Below are positions 43,537 to 53,050 of a DNA stretch of 64,000 bases, piece by piece (the stretch's first letter is position 1; each line of letters opens with the position of its first letter). Below the pieces are notes generated by a model. The model was not told the DNA's origin. It did no database searches and saw only the letters and a program-made list of their open reading frames with translations. This DNA comes from an uncultured Gemmatimonadales bacterium (GTDB taxonomy: Bacteria; Gemmatimonadota; Gemmatimonadetes; Gemmatimonadales; GWC2-71-9): contig CAWGRU010000017.1 in assembly GCA_963825065.1 (NCBI GenBank), positions 23,458 through 87,457 of the forward strand. Direction: 5' to 3'. The translations under genes and the position numbers were made by a program.

Positions 43537-44234
43537 CCGCGCGTATGATCACGGCGGCCGCGCTGATCGTGGCGACGGGCATCGCCTCCGAAGCGCAGAG
43601 CCAGGCAGCGATCCGCGCGCCATCGGCTGGTCATCCCACCCTGCCCGCCGTCGCCGAAGTCCTGAACGGACACACCGAGCTGGTCACCTATCGTGGCGTC
43701 CGGGCGGTGAAGCTCGTCCCTGCGCCGGAGACGGAGGGCAAGGACGAGGACATGATGGCGCTGCTGGAGGGCGCCGACTTCAGGGACGGCACCATTCAGC
43801 TCGAGGTCGCGGGAGCACCGCGGCCCGGCACGCCCCCCGACTCACGGGGCTTCATCGGCGTCAGCTTTCGCACCGGGGCGCACGGTGAGTGGTCCGAAGT
43901 CTTCTATCTGCGGCCGACCAACGGACGCTCCGACGATCAGCTCCGCCGGAATCATGCGGTGCAATACGTGTCCGAGCCGGAATTCCCCTGGTACCGGCTG
44001 CGGGAGGAGAGCCCGGGGGTGTACGAGTCGTATGCCGACCTGGAGGCGGGGGCGTGGACCTCGATGCGGATCGAGGTGACCGGGACGACCGCGCGCCTCT
44101 ACGTGAACGGCGCGACGCAACCCTGCCTCATCGTCAACGACCTGAAGCACGGCGACCGCCCCGGACGGATTGCGCTGTGGGCGCATGTGCAGACCGACGC
44201 CTATTTCGGGCCGATGAGCGTCACCGCCCGATAG
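43533..44234 (+). CDS. secreted concanavalin-A/LamG-like jelly-roll protein
   Basis: GTG 43533 overlaps the upstream stop (GTGA); ATG 43545 is an alternative start. Contains DGTIQLEVAG...FIGVSFR...FYLRPTN...AVQYVS...WTSMRIEVTG.TARLYVNG...IALWAH..DAYF. Confidence 0.55.
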   Translation: MTARMITAAALIVATGIASEAQSQAAIRAPSAGHPTLPAVAEVLNGHTELVTYRGVRAVKLVPAPETEGKDEDMMALLEGADFRDGTIQLEVAGAPRPGTPPDSRGFIGVSFRTGAHGEWSEVFYLRPTNGRSDDQLRRNHAVQYVSEPEFPWYRLREESPGVYESYADLEAGAWTSMRIEVTGTTARLYVNGATQPCLIVNDLKHGDRPGRIALWAHVQTDAYFGPMSVTAR

Positions 44235-45771
44235 CCGCGCGACTACAGGATGCGCCTTGGGCACGACGCGACGGGTCCAGGCCTTGAATCGCTTGACGCA
44301 GCCCGGCCTGGGCATCCGGGTTGCTCTGCAGGGTGGTCTCCCAGGCGTTCTCCGGGCGGAACTCCACCTCCATCCCCGCCAGCACCCCCGCCGCGATCCG
44401 GTCCGAACGGATCACCGTGACGCACTCGGTGTTCAGGTTGGCGCTGCGCGGGTCCAGGTTGAAGGTGCCGACGACGGTGATGTGCCCGTCGATCACCATG
44501 GACTTGGCATGCAGTCCGAAGATGGGCGGCTGGTCCAGCGCCTCGGCCAATGCGCCCGTCATGATCGTGGTGCGCTCGACGGCGTCCGGGCGGAATTCGA
44601 AGAGCCGGACTCCGGTCTGCAGCAGCTCCTCCCGATCCCGCTGATAGCCGCTGAAGGCCTCCAGGTTGTCGGTCGAGGCCAGGCTGTTGGTCAGGATCCG
44701 CACCTCGACCCCGCGCCTGACGGCATCGCGAAAGACCGACCGACCCAGCTCCGTGGTGACCAGGTAGGGTGACTGGATGGCGATCGAGCTGCGGGCGTGC
44801 CGCACCAGATCCAGCAGGGTGTCGAGCGTTGCGCCGCCGCCGCCCAGTCCCTGGCTGCCATCGTTCTTACCGGGCACATCGGAGACGTAGCTCACGCTGT
44901 CGAGCCACTGCAGCCTGCCCGAGGCCTGGATGGCGTCGAAGGCCACGGGGATGCTGGCCACCTGCTCCCGGACCTGGGGCCAGTAGTTGGCCGGATTGCA
45001 GGCGTACTGATGCAGCCATGCGAGGCGGGCGGCGGTGTCGCTGTCCGCCGGGGTGGCGCGCGCCAGCTCTCCGACCGGACGGCTCCGCGGGTCATTCCAG
45101 AACTGTTCGAAGACGCTCTCGACCCGGCTGGCCACCCCGCCGAGCAGCAGCACATCCCGGTCGCGGAAGTTGTAGTCGTGGTCGTAGTCGAAATACTCGT
45201 CGGCGATGTTCCGGCCGCCGGTGATCACGATGCGGCCGTCGACGGTGAAGGTCTTGTTGTGCATCCGCTGGTTGATGCCGCGGAAGTCGGTGACCGTGTT
45301 GAAGAGCTTGCGTGGCAGCCGCTTGCCGAGGTTGATGTTGGGGTTGTAGATGCGGATCTCGAGATTGGGGTGCGCATCGAGGGCCAGCAGCTCCGCCGCG
45401 TCGGCCTCCAGCAGCAGGTCGTCCACCAGCACCCGGACCCGGACGCCCCGATCGGCCGCACGCACCAGGTAGTCCACCGCAATGAGCCCCACGTTGTCGG
45501 CGGAGAAGATGAAGTACTGGACATCGATGGTGTGCTCGGCGTATTCGCTCAGCCAGGCGCGGGCGATCATGGCGCCGCCACCATCCTCCAGGACGTACAC
45601 GCCGGTCTTGCCCGCCATCAGCGACTCGACGGGCTGCAGTTGCTGGGCCAGATGGATGGTGGTGTCGCGATGGATCGTGGCGCAGAAGTCCGGGTCCGCG
45701 GCCACCGGCGGTTTGGCCTCCGGCGCGCAGGCCGCCAGGAGGACTACGACGAGTGCGAGCAGCCGCCGCAT
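44221..45771 (-). CDS. phospholipase D-family lipoprotein (two HKD motifs)
   Basis: Starts at ATG 45771 (MRRLLALVVVLLAAC lipobox). The two HKD motifs are HNKTFTVDGRIVITGGRNIADEY and LHAKSMVIDGHITVVGTFNLDPRS. Confidence 0.85.
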   Translation of the reverse strand: MRRLLALVVVLLAACAPEAKPPVAADPDFCATIHRDTTIHLAQQLQPVESLMAGKTGVYVLEDGGGAMIARAWLSEYAEHTIDVQYFIFSADNVGLIAVDYLVRAADRGVRVRVLVDDLLLEADAAELLALDAHPNLEIRIYNPNINLGKRLPRKLFNTVTDFRGINQRMHNKTFTVDGRIVITGGRNIADEYFDYDHDYNFRDRDVLLLGGVASRVESVFEQFWNDPRSRPVGELARATPADSDTAARLAWLHQYACNPANYWPQVREQVASIPVAFDAIQASGRLQWLDSVSYVSDVPGKNDGSQGLGGGGATLDTLLDLVRHARSSIAIQSPYLVTTELGRSVFRDAVRRGVEVRILTNSLASTDNLEAFSGYQRDREELLQTGVRLFEFRPDAVERTTIMTGALAEALDQPPIFGLHAKSMVIDGHITVVGTFNLDPRSANLNTECVTVIRSDRIAAGVLAGMEVEFRPENAWETTLQSNPDAQAGLRQAIQGLDPSRRAQGASCSRAAIGR

Positions 45772-46093
45772 CAGGGATCCACTTTCTCCAGGAGGAGCCC
45801 GGCACCTCACCCCGGGATCTGGTCATGCCCTTTGTCGGGGGCAGCTCTGCCGGGCACATGGCCCGCCATCAATAGCACTACCATGACCGCGCGTCCAGCC
45901 TCGCCCCTGTCGCCCCACGGGGCTTCGGTGGCATGCGCCGGTCAGGCGGCGCTGTGCGCCCCCGGGCTAAATGGAATCCGTCGAGAGCGGACCGGAGTAG
46001 TTGTGGAGTAGTGCTCGTGGCGCCCGATCGATCTCTCCGAGGGCGGGACTGAGGCTCCGGTCACACCCGGGACGGCCCAGTCGGAGCGCCATC

Positions 46094-46966
46094 TTAAGGA
46101 AGGAAGAAAGACTCGAAGAGGGTCCACTCGGGCGGCTCCGCCGATTGTGGCGCCCTGAGGAGTGGCGGAGGTAGCGGAGGCGGCGGCGGGGCGGCGAGCG
46201 GCTGCTCGTCAGCCGGCATGGTGAGCAGTTCCCGGCGGATGCTGTACGCGATGCGCAGCACCCGGGTCGGGTAGCGCACGCAGGTGCGGGTGACCAGGGC
46301 GCCGACACAGCCGTTGTAGCGCCGCAGGGCCGCCTGCACCGTCCGGTTGCGGCGCAGGTACATGCGGAGCAGGCGGGTGCCGTGGCAGATGTTCGACTCG
46401 ACCTCGAGCAGCTCCGCCGTCGGACACCCCAATCCGCCCTCGTGCACCGGCATCACCTGCATCAGCCCGATGGCGCCCGCCACGCTCACGGCGGTGGTGT
46501 CCATCGGGGTGTTCTCTACCATTAATACCGCGGCCACGAAGCTGGGACTCAGCCGTGCCCGCCGCGCCTCGAGGAGCACCGCGGCGGCGGCGCGGTCGGC
46601 GATCAGCTCGTTGCCGCTCCGACGGGAGAGCACATGCGCCAGCGGGGTGTGGGACCGTTCCCGGAGCAGGGCGGACTCGAGCCGCAGGCTGTCCGCCCGG
46701 GTGGGACGCGGCGCCGGCCTGGCCGGCCGCGACGGCGGCGGCCTCACCGCCCTGGCTGGAGGCTTGACTGCTACCGGTGATGGCTTGACCGCTCTCGGAG
46801 CCGGGGCCTTGGCCCTGGCCGGAGGCGGAGTGAGCCGAGCCGCGGGCGGCGCGGGCGCCGGGGGCGTGCCCCTGGCGACGGGCGCAGGAAGCTCCACCCG
46901 GGGTGGGCCGCACCCCGAGGCATACCACAGTATTCCCGTCGCCAGGGCGACGCCGCGCAATCGCAT
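46094..46966 (-). CDS. lytic transglycosylase (SLT domain) with Pro/Ala/Arg-rich linker
   Basis: ATG 46966 is preceded by GGAGAAAGAG. The N-terminus reads ILWYASGC, followed by a PAP/KPP-rich low-complexity region. The SLT core is MVENTPMDTTAVSVAGAIGLMQVMP...YNG. Confidence 0.8.
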   Translation of the reverse strand: MRLRGVALATGILWYASGCGPPRVELPAPVARGTPPAPAPPAARLTPPPARAKAPAPRAVKPSPVAVKPPARAVRPPPSRPARPAPRPTRADSLRLESALLRERSHTPLAHVLSRRSGNELIADRAAAAVLLEARRARLSPSFVAAVLMVENTPMDTTAVSVAGAIGLMQVMPVHEGGLGCPTAELLEVESNICHGTRLLRMYLRRNRTVQAALRRYNGCVGALVTRTCVRYPTRVLRIAYSIRRELLTMPADEQPLAAPPPPPLPPPLLRAPQSAEPPEWTLFESFFLP

Positions 46967-47228
46967 TCGGACACTCTTTCTCCAGGCATGCACCAACACT
47001 CGGCATCGGTGGGTGCGCAAACAAGTGTTCGAAAGCTCGGGTGTCGCGAAGCATGACGGCGGGGGCGCTATCCTCGTACGGGGCACGAGGTTGCAGATGT
47101 GATCCAGACTGCACTCAGGTTCGTTAGGCGACCGAAATGCAGTCCTCGGTGTGGCCGGCAGCAGACAGCGCCGGCGGTGCGCGTTCGACCTCACGCCGGA
47201 GGCATCCCCCGGCGGGCATGGGGGTCGG

Positions 47229-47924
47229 CTAGTGCAATGGCGGCAGCGAGTCCTTGAGTCCGGTGACGGCCAGCCGGACCGCCCGTTCCAGCAGGGCCGG
47301 ATCGATGAGCAGGGAGTCGACCGGCAGCGCCGTCAGCTTGTCGTTCACCGAGTGATCGATGAGCTGCACCCCGCCGCGCGCGACGAATCCCATGCTGTCC
47401 GCCACGGTCAGCCGCCTGACACCAAGCACAAAGGAGAGAGCCCTGAGCCGGCCCTGAAAGCTGCCGAGAAATGCGGCGCCCAGTCCGCCGCGAGCGCCGG
47501 TCTTCTCCTCGATGCCATCCCACTTCGCCTTGCCCCCTCGGAAAGGCACCACCACGATCCGAACCCGGGGGAAGACCAGCGCATCGGGCGCGTAGCGCGC
47601 CGTCACCGTATCGCGCAGGAACTGATTGGCCTGGTCGACCCTCGCCTCCGACCGTTCGCCGGTCACCGGGTCGAAGAGGCCTCCCACGGAGGCCTCCGCC
47701 CGGGTCCAGATCGGGTCGACGGAATCGGGCGGCACCAGGACATAGCCATGCTGGGCGAGCAGGCCGGTGAGCAGCGAGTCGAGGAGATGCCGCGCCGTGC
47801 CGGTGCTGTCGAGGCCCGAGGGCACGCCGACCGGCATCAGTGCCAGCCGGGCGGGGACGCTCTGCGCCCCGAGGCGAGGTCCGCCCAGCAGGGCGAGCGC
47901 GAGCAGGCAGCCGCGAATGGTCAT
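47229..47924 (-). CDS. secreted protein, paralogue 2 of a tandem pair (unknown family)
   Basis: ATG 47924 overlaps the upstream stop (ATGA). It has a signal peptide (MTIRGCLLALALLGGPRLGAQ). It aligns with the upstream gene along its length (DSLL....G....P.D.....W....A.VGG.FDP..G ... RV.VV........WDG...K.G). Confidence 0.65.
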   Translation of the reverse strand: MTIRGCLLALALLGGPRLGAQSVPARLALMPVGVPSGLDSTGTARHLLDSLLTGLLAQHGYVLVPPDSVDPIWTRAEASVGGLFDPVTGERSEARVDQANQFLRDTVTARYAPDALVFPRVRIVVVPFRGGKAKWDGIEEKTGARGGLGAAFLGSFQGRLRALSFVLGVRRLTVADSMGFVARGGVQLIDHSVNDKLTALPVDSLLIDPALLERAVRLAVTGLKDSLPPLH

Positions 47925-48613
47925 GGGGTCACCCGGCACGAGGGCCGATGGGCGATGAGGTCCGCCAGGGCCAGCGCCACGGCGGTCGAGTCTCTGGCCA
48001 GGTCGGTCAGGACCTTGCGATCCTCTACTCGGCGGGGCGCATGCCAGAAGTTGCCTTTCTCGAGCAACTGGATCCCGCCCCGGCCGCAGTGGATCCGCTC
48101 CCCGGCCGAGTCGGTGACGATGACCACCAGCGAGAGCGCGGACACCTCGCCCTGGATCTTTCCGGCGGACCCGATCTTGTCGCGCACCCCATCCCACTCG
48201 ACCCGGTCACCGTCGTGCCGGAGCAGGACCACGACCACCCGCGAGTAGAGCAGAAGCGTCGCGCCGGAGCGATCGTGGAGCGCGGCCAGGGTGGTGGCCC
48301 GGACCGCGCGGAGCCGTTCGGGAATGATGCCACCGGAGTGGGGGTCGAAGTAGCCGCCGACGGCCGCGATCGTTCCCCGCCAGGCGCTGTCGGTCTGCGC
48401 CGGCTCCAGCGGCGTGAATCCGGCGCCGGTCAGCGCCGCCGCGAGCAGACTGTCGAAGCGCGCGGACATGGCGGCGCTGTCCGGTGCGCCGCCGGGGAGC
48501 TGGGTGGAGAGGGGGGCGACGACCTGGGCGCCGAGGGGCGGCACGGCGAGGAGGCCGAGGAGGCCGAGGAACAGCGCGGCGATGCGGCGGGGAGATCCGC
48601 GATGGCGAACCAT
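47921..48613 (-). CDS. secreted protein, paralogue 1 of a tandem pair (unknown family)
   Basis: Starts at ATG 48613 (MVRHRGSPRRIAALFLGLLGLLAVPPLGAQ). It is homologous to 47229-47924. Confidence 0.65.
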   Translation of the reverse strand: MVRHRGSPRRIAALFLGLLGLLAVPPLGAQVVAPLSTQLPGGAPDSAAMSARFDSLLAAALTGAGFTPLEPAQTDSAWRGTIAAVGGYFDPHSGGIIPERLRAVRATTLAALHDRSGATLLLYSRVVVVLLRHDGDRVEWDGVRDKIGSAGKIQGEVSALSLVVIVTDSAGERIHCGRGGIQLLEKGNFWHAPRRVEDRKVLTDLARDSTAVALALADLIAHRPSCRVTP

Positions 48614-48849
48614 CGCCCGATGGTACGGTCCGGTACCGGCGCCGGCAAGATCGCCGCACACGAGGAACCTGACTCGGCCCTAACGCAACTACATGTGATC
48701 CGGTCCCGGCGCTCCCGAATCGCTGGCACGCCCTCGCTGTAACATCCCGGGCCTGCTGCCGTAGTCTCACCGGTCCGCACGAACAGCCCTGCCGGCCCTG
48801 CGCTTCGCCCCGCTCGTGGCGCAGCCTGGCAATCGGCTTCGCTGAACCC

Positions 48850-49545
48850 GTGGAGAATACCGTGAACCTGTCGAAGCGTGCCGCGCTCCACCTCTCCCTC
48901 GCCCTGATCTGTCTCTACTGGATCTACCAGCTCCTCAGCCAGGGCTCGGCGCCGGTGCTTCCCGCACACTTCTCCGAGTTGGTGCTCCGCGTCGTGGTGA
49001 ACAAGCTCATCATGTTTGCCGCGATCGCTCTCCTGCTGCGGCTGGAGGGAGTGGGGTTCGCGGACCTGGGCGTCAGCCACCTCCGGTGGCCGATGCATCT
49101 CGGCGTCGGGCTGGCGATCGGCCTGGTCATGTTCATCGGATTCAACGTCGCGCTCGACTCGGCGCTCAACTCCCTGATTCCGCGGCCGCCGAGCAGTGGG
49201 CGGTCGGTCATGGCATTCTTTGCCCAGCCGATCAATCTGGTGGCCTGGCTGCCGATCGGGATCTTCGGGGGAGGAGTGGTGGAGGAGCTGCAGCGGATCT
49301 TCGTCATGACGCGGTTCGAGCAGCGGTTCGGGCGGGCCGGCCTGATCCTCGGGGTGGTGCTCAGCTCGGCGATGTTCGGCTTCGGACATCTCTACCAGGG
49401 CGTCGGGACGGCGCTGTCGACCGCCGTCTCAGGGCTTGTCCTGGCGCTGGTGTATCTCAGGCGGAGGTCGGCGCTCGAGGCCATGACGGCGCATGCCTTC
49501 AGCGATGTGCTCGCCATGCTGGCGGCCACGATGCTGGCGCACTAG
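48850..49545 (+). CDS. CPBP (CAAX/Abi) family intramembrane protease
   Basis: Starts at GTG 48850. It is multi-TM with motifs GGVVEELQRIF (EE..R), MFGFGHLYQ (F...H) and HAFSDVL (H...D). Confidence 0.8.
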   Translation: MENTVNLSKRAALHLSLALICLYWIYQLLSQGSAPVLPAHFSELVLRVVVNKLIMFAAIALLLRLEGVGFADLGVSHLRWPMHLGVGLAIGLVMFIGFNVALDSALNSLIPRPPSSGRSVMAFFAQPINLVAWLPIGIFGGGVVEELQRIFVMTRFEQRFGRAGLILGVVLSSAMFGFGHLYQGVGTALSTAVSGLVLALVYLRRRSALEAMTAHAFSDVLAMLAATMLAH

Positions 49546-49667
49546 GCGGACGTGACCCCCGCGCCACCTGGTTGCGGGGCGGTGCCTAACCAGCGTCGGG
49601 CGGCGCACTGAGGCGGCTTGCCCGATCCGTCATCGCGCTGCAGCTTGGAGGGCAGGCCGGCGTGACC

Positions 49668-49910
49668 TCATGCTTCCGTGCTGTGGTCAGTGGGCCGGCG
49701 GCGCAGCGGGATGCTTGTGGCATGCGGGAGGCTGCTCGATCGTGTAGATGAGTCCGCCACCCGCCAGCGTCCTTCACTCTTCATGAGGGTAAAGGCGTCC
49801 ACGCCGAAGTGCGACCACCTGTCGCCGACGTAGAGGTCGTACGGCACCCAGATCTGGGCCACCCGGTCCTGCACCCGGCCCGTGACGTCGCAGCCTCGCT
49901 CGGTGAAGCT
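49668..49910 (-). pseudogene. C-terminal remnant of an NTF2-like (SnoaL/DUF4440-type) protein
   Basis: Only the last 55 aa or so look protein-like (VTGRVQDRVAQIWVPYDLYVGDRWSHFGVDAFTLMKSEGRWRVA). Upstream, the same frame is Arg/Gly/Pro junk and collides with the amidohydrolase 5' end on the other strand. Confidence 0.3.
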
Positions 49911-49945
49911 CGCATGTCTGCTTCTCACCCTCCTCGAGCCCAACC

Positions 49946-51273
49946 GTGACGACCTCTCCCCGCCCTCTTCCTGTCCAGCGTCTCGCCCTGGGGTTGCGCC
50001 TGGGAGTCCTGCTGCTCGGCGTGCCCGGCCGCGCGCTCCCTGCCCAGGCCGAGGCGGACAGCACTCCTCCGGTGGCGCTGGTGGGGGTGACGGTGATCGA
50101 TGGGACCGGTCATCGGCCGCGCCCGAATCAGACGGTGCTGATCCAGGGTGAGCGGATCGCCGCGATCTTCCCGGTCGGCTCCCAGTCCGCTCCCGCCGCG
50201 TACCACCACGCTCAAGCTGACCGGCCAATTCCTGATCCCCGGCCTGATCGATACCCACGTTCATATCGCGACCGACCCTTCGGGTGAAGACACTCGGCTG
50301 CGAACCGAACGACGGCTGCGGAACGCGCTGATGGGAGGCGTCACCGCGGTCCGCGACATGGCCGGGGATGTCCGGGCCCTCGGGTCGCTGCAACGCGACG
50401 CCCTGCTGGCCGAGATTCCCAGCCCGGACATCTACTACGCCGCGCTCTTCGCCGGCCCGGCGTTCTTTGCCGATCCGCGGACCCACGATGCCAGTCGCGG
50501 GCTGGTCGCGGGACAGGTTCCGTGGATGCGGGCGATCACCGACAGCACCGATCTGCATCAGGCGGTGGCCGAGGCCCGGGGAACCGGCGCGACGGCGATC
50601 AAGCTCTACGCCGCACTCAGTGGCGACCTGGCGCAGAGGATTACCACCGAGGCCCATGCGCAGGGACTGGCCGTCTGGGCGCACGCCGCGCTCCGGCCGG
50701 CCACCCCGATCGAGGTCGTGAGGGCAGGGGTCGATGCCACCTCGCACGCGTCGCTGGTGGCGCTGGCCATGGACTCGTCGCGGCGGGCCGCCGACCTGCG
50801 CGCGCTGCCCAGCCAGCCACTCGACCTGGACGACGCCGGGCTCGACACGCTGTTCCGCACCATGGTCACCATGCATACGGTCTTCGAGCCGACCCTGCTG
50901 GTCTTCGCGGATGACCCGGCCCGACTCCGCCTTGCCGGTGAGATCACCAGAAGGGCACATCGCGCCGGGGTGACCATGGTCGCCGGGACCGATACGCTGG
51001 CGGTAGCAGACTCGGACACGCTGGCGTTGCCCAATCTGCATGGCGAGCTGGAACTGCTGGTACGGCTGGGAGGGCTGAGCCCCGAGGAGGCGCTGGAGAG
51101 CGCCACTCGGAATGCGGCCGGCGTGCTACGGGCGCAGGAGACCCGCGGCACCATCGCAGTCGGCAAACTGGCCGATCTCGTGGTGCTCTCGTCGAACCCG
51201 CTCGCCGACATCCGGAATACCCGTACGGTTCGAGCTGGTCATCAAGCGTGGTCGGGTGTATCCGCGACGATAG
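49946..51273 (+). pseudogene. amidohydrolase-family (metal-dependent hydrolase) gene interrupted by two apparent +1 frameshifts
   Basis: Frame 2 ORF 49946-50287 gives a signal peptide plus VALVGVTVIDGTGHRPRPNQTVLIQGERIAAIF. Frame 0 ORF 50148-51476 continues LKLTGQFLIPGLIDTHVHI...GKLADLVVLSSNPLADIRNTRTV. The expected ending ELVIKRGRVYPRR* is in frame 1 (51232-51273). The shifts are near 50195-50205 and 51228-51232. Confidence 0.65.
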
Positions 51274-52978
51274 AGACTCCGAATGTCGAAGCGCAGGAGA
51301 GGACGGGCCACGGCACCGGTCGAGGCAACACCCCCGCGGGCCGAAGCCCCTACGCAGCCGCGCCGGATCGACGAAGCCGGAGGGGCTGGCGATCTCCGCC
51401 GTCGCGCTCTGTGCGCTGCATGCGTGGCTGTCCCGCACCGCCCTCAATCCCGACGGAGTGTCCTACCTCGACCTGACCCGACGCGCGGCGGCCGGCGACT
51501 GGTCATCGTTCGTGCAGGGCTACTGGTCTCCGCTCTATCCGGCGCTGATCGCGATGGTCTCCGCCGTCACCGGACGCGATGCCGTGTCGCTGGTCGCCAC
51601 GGCCCATGCGATCAACGGCGTCGTCACCATCGGGGCGGTGATTCTGCTCTGGTGGTGGGGCCGTCAGGTGCCAGGACAGTTCTACACCCGGGCGCTGATC
51701 GCCACCCTTCTGCTGGTGAGTACCGGGCTGCCGCGCATCGAGGCGGTGACCCCGGACGTGCTCCTGCTCGCACTGATGGCCTGCACCGGGTACGAGCTGC
51801 TGCTGCGCCAGGGAAAGCGTTCCGTGCTCCTCGGCCTGCTGCTCGGTGCCGCGTTCCTGGCCAAGACCAGCACCTGGCCCTGGCTCGCCGTCGCAATTCC
51901 CCTCCGCCTCTGGGGTGCGCGCGACGCCGCGGAGCGCCGCGGCGTGCTGGTGTCGTCGGGAGTGTGCGTGCTGGTGATGCTGTTCTGGATCATTCCACTC
52001 AGCCTCAAGACCGGGCACCCCACGCTCGGGTCGGCGGGGCGGCTCAACTATGAGTGGTACATCCTGGCGAGCGATGGGCGGACTCCGGACACCCACGCCG
52101 GCGGGCACACCGCCTATTCGTCGATCGCGGTCGACTCCACTCACCGGGTCGGCTGGGCGGAATTCCCCGCTGCCGATCGGTGGACCTACGCCCCCTGGTC
52201 CGACCCGACGGCGTGGCAGTCGGGGGTGCTCACCCAGAACTCCAGCGCACCGACGACGTGGGAACTGGTCAGCTACTGGGGGCGCCAGACGGCACGTTCG
52301 TTCGGCCTCTGGCTGCTGCCGGTGATACTCGCGGTCCTGCTTCCCTTCTACCTGCTCAACCGGCCCGCACAGTTCACCCGCTACCTGCTCGGCGAGGGCC
52401 GCCCTGTCCTGGCCGTTGCCCTGCTCGGCCTGGCCGGCGTGGGACAGTTCATCCTCGTGCACGCCGAGCCGAGACTGCTCGCCCCGTTCGGATTGCTGCT
52501 GGCGCTCGCGCTGCTGCATGGGCTGTCGGCAAAGGGGTCGGAGCCACCGCGGTTCCCGATGGCGGTGCGCCAGGGCGCCTCCCTGCTCGGGCTGCTGTGC
52601 ACGGCGGGGTTCGCGGTTCCCCGGCTCCGGGAGGGGTTCGCGGCCAACGCCCGCATCGGCGGGGTGCTCTCCTCGATGGCCGCGACCAAGGCTTCCCTGG
52701 CGGGAGCGGGCCTTTCACAGGACCGGATCGTGATCCTCGGTTCGGCGATGGCCGTGACACCCGGCGCGTTTCTCTCCGGGGCGCATGTCGTGGCGCAGAT
52801 CCCGCCCCGTTCCCTCGAGGTCGCCGGGAGTCTGCCACCTCCGCAGCAGGTCGCGCTGCTGACGAGGCTGTTCGGCGGGAAGGCCCAGATCGCCTGGCTC
52901 ACCTCCGCGGACGGGGGAGTCAGGATCGTGCGCGATACCGGCGAAGTAGCGTTAGGCGAGTGGGGGCCGGATCGATGA
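51248..52978 (+). CDS. large polytopic membrane protein, GT-C (ArnT/PMT)-like glycosyltransferase candidate; 5' end uncertain
   Basis: It has more than 10 hydrophobic helices, plus a WSPLYPALIAM motif region and a large loop. The start is GTG 51248, or ATG 51283 in another frame, which would need a further shift near 51380. The stop codon lies inside the duplicated fragment at 52964-53050. Confidence 0.5.
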   Translation: MVGCIRDDRDSECRSAGEDGPRHRSRQHPRGPKPLRSRAGSTKPEGLAISAVALCALHAWLSRTALNPDGVSYLDLTRRAAAGDWSSFVQGYWSPLYPALIAMVSAVTGRDAVSLVATAHAINGVVTIGAVILLWWWGRQVPGQFYTRALIATLLLVSTGLPRIEAVTPDVLLLALMACTGYELLLRQGKRSVLLGLLLGAAFLAKTSTWPWLAVAIPLRLWGARDAAERRGVLVSSGVCVLVMLFWIIPLSLKTGHPTLGSAGRLNYEWYILASDGRTPDTHAGGHTAYSSIAVDSTHRVGWAEFPAADRWTYAPWSDPTAWQSGVLTQNSSAPTTWELVSYWGRQTARSFGLWLLPVILAVLLPFYLLNRPAQFTRYLLGEGRPVLAVALLGLAGVGQFILVHAEPRLLAPFGLLLALALLHGLSAKGSEPPRFPMAVRQGASLLGLLCTAGFAVPRLREGFAANARIGGVLSSMAATKASLAGAGLSQDRIVILGSAMAVTPGAFLSGAHVVAQIPPRSLEVAGSLPPPQQVALLTRLFGGKAQIAWLTSADGGVRIVRDTGEVALGEWGPDR

Positions 52979-53050
52979 GCAAGGAGTCGACCGGCAGCGT
53001 CGTCGGTTTGTCGTTCACCGAGTGATCGATGAGCTGCATCCTCGCCGCGA
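52964..53050 (-). repeat. displaced ~85-bp near-copy of an internal coding segment of the paralogue-2 gene (47294-47384)
   Basis: A block-by-block comparison gives about 72 of 77 identical nt between 47294-47370 and 52964-53040, in the same orientation. It translates as ...MQLIDHSVNDKPTTLPVDSLLIDPA, compared with ...VQLIDHSVNDKLTALPVDSLLIDPA in the intact gene. Confidence 0.75.

Noticed and set aside
44221-45771. PLD-family protein as a Nuc/restriction-like defence nuclease
   Set aside because: A clear lipoprotein signal (LLAAC) and the size and architecture fit a periplasmic phospholipase or cardiolipin-synthase-like enzyme better. There are no neighbouring defence genes.
49668-51041. 457-aa minus-strand ORF taken as a whole
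   Set aside because: Only its last ~55 aa look protein-like (the NTF2-like remnant). The rest is antisense to the amidohydrolase frames and is low-complexity.
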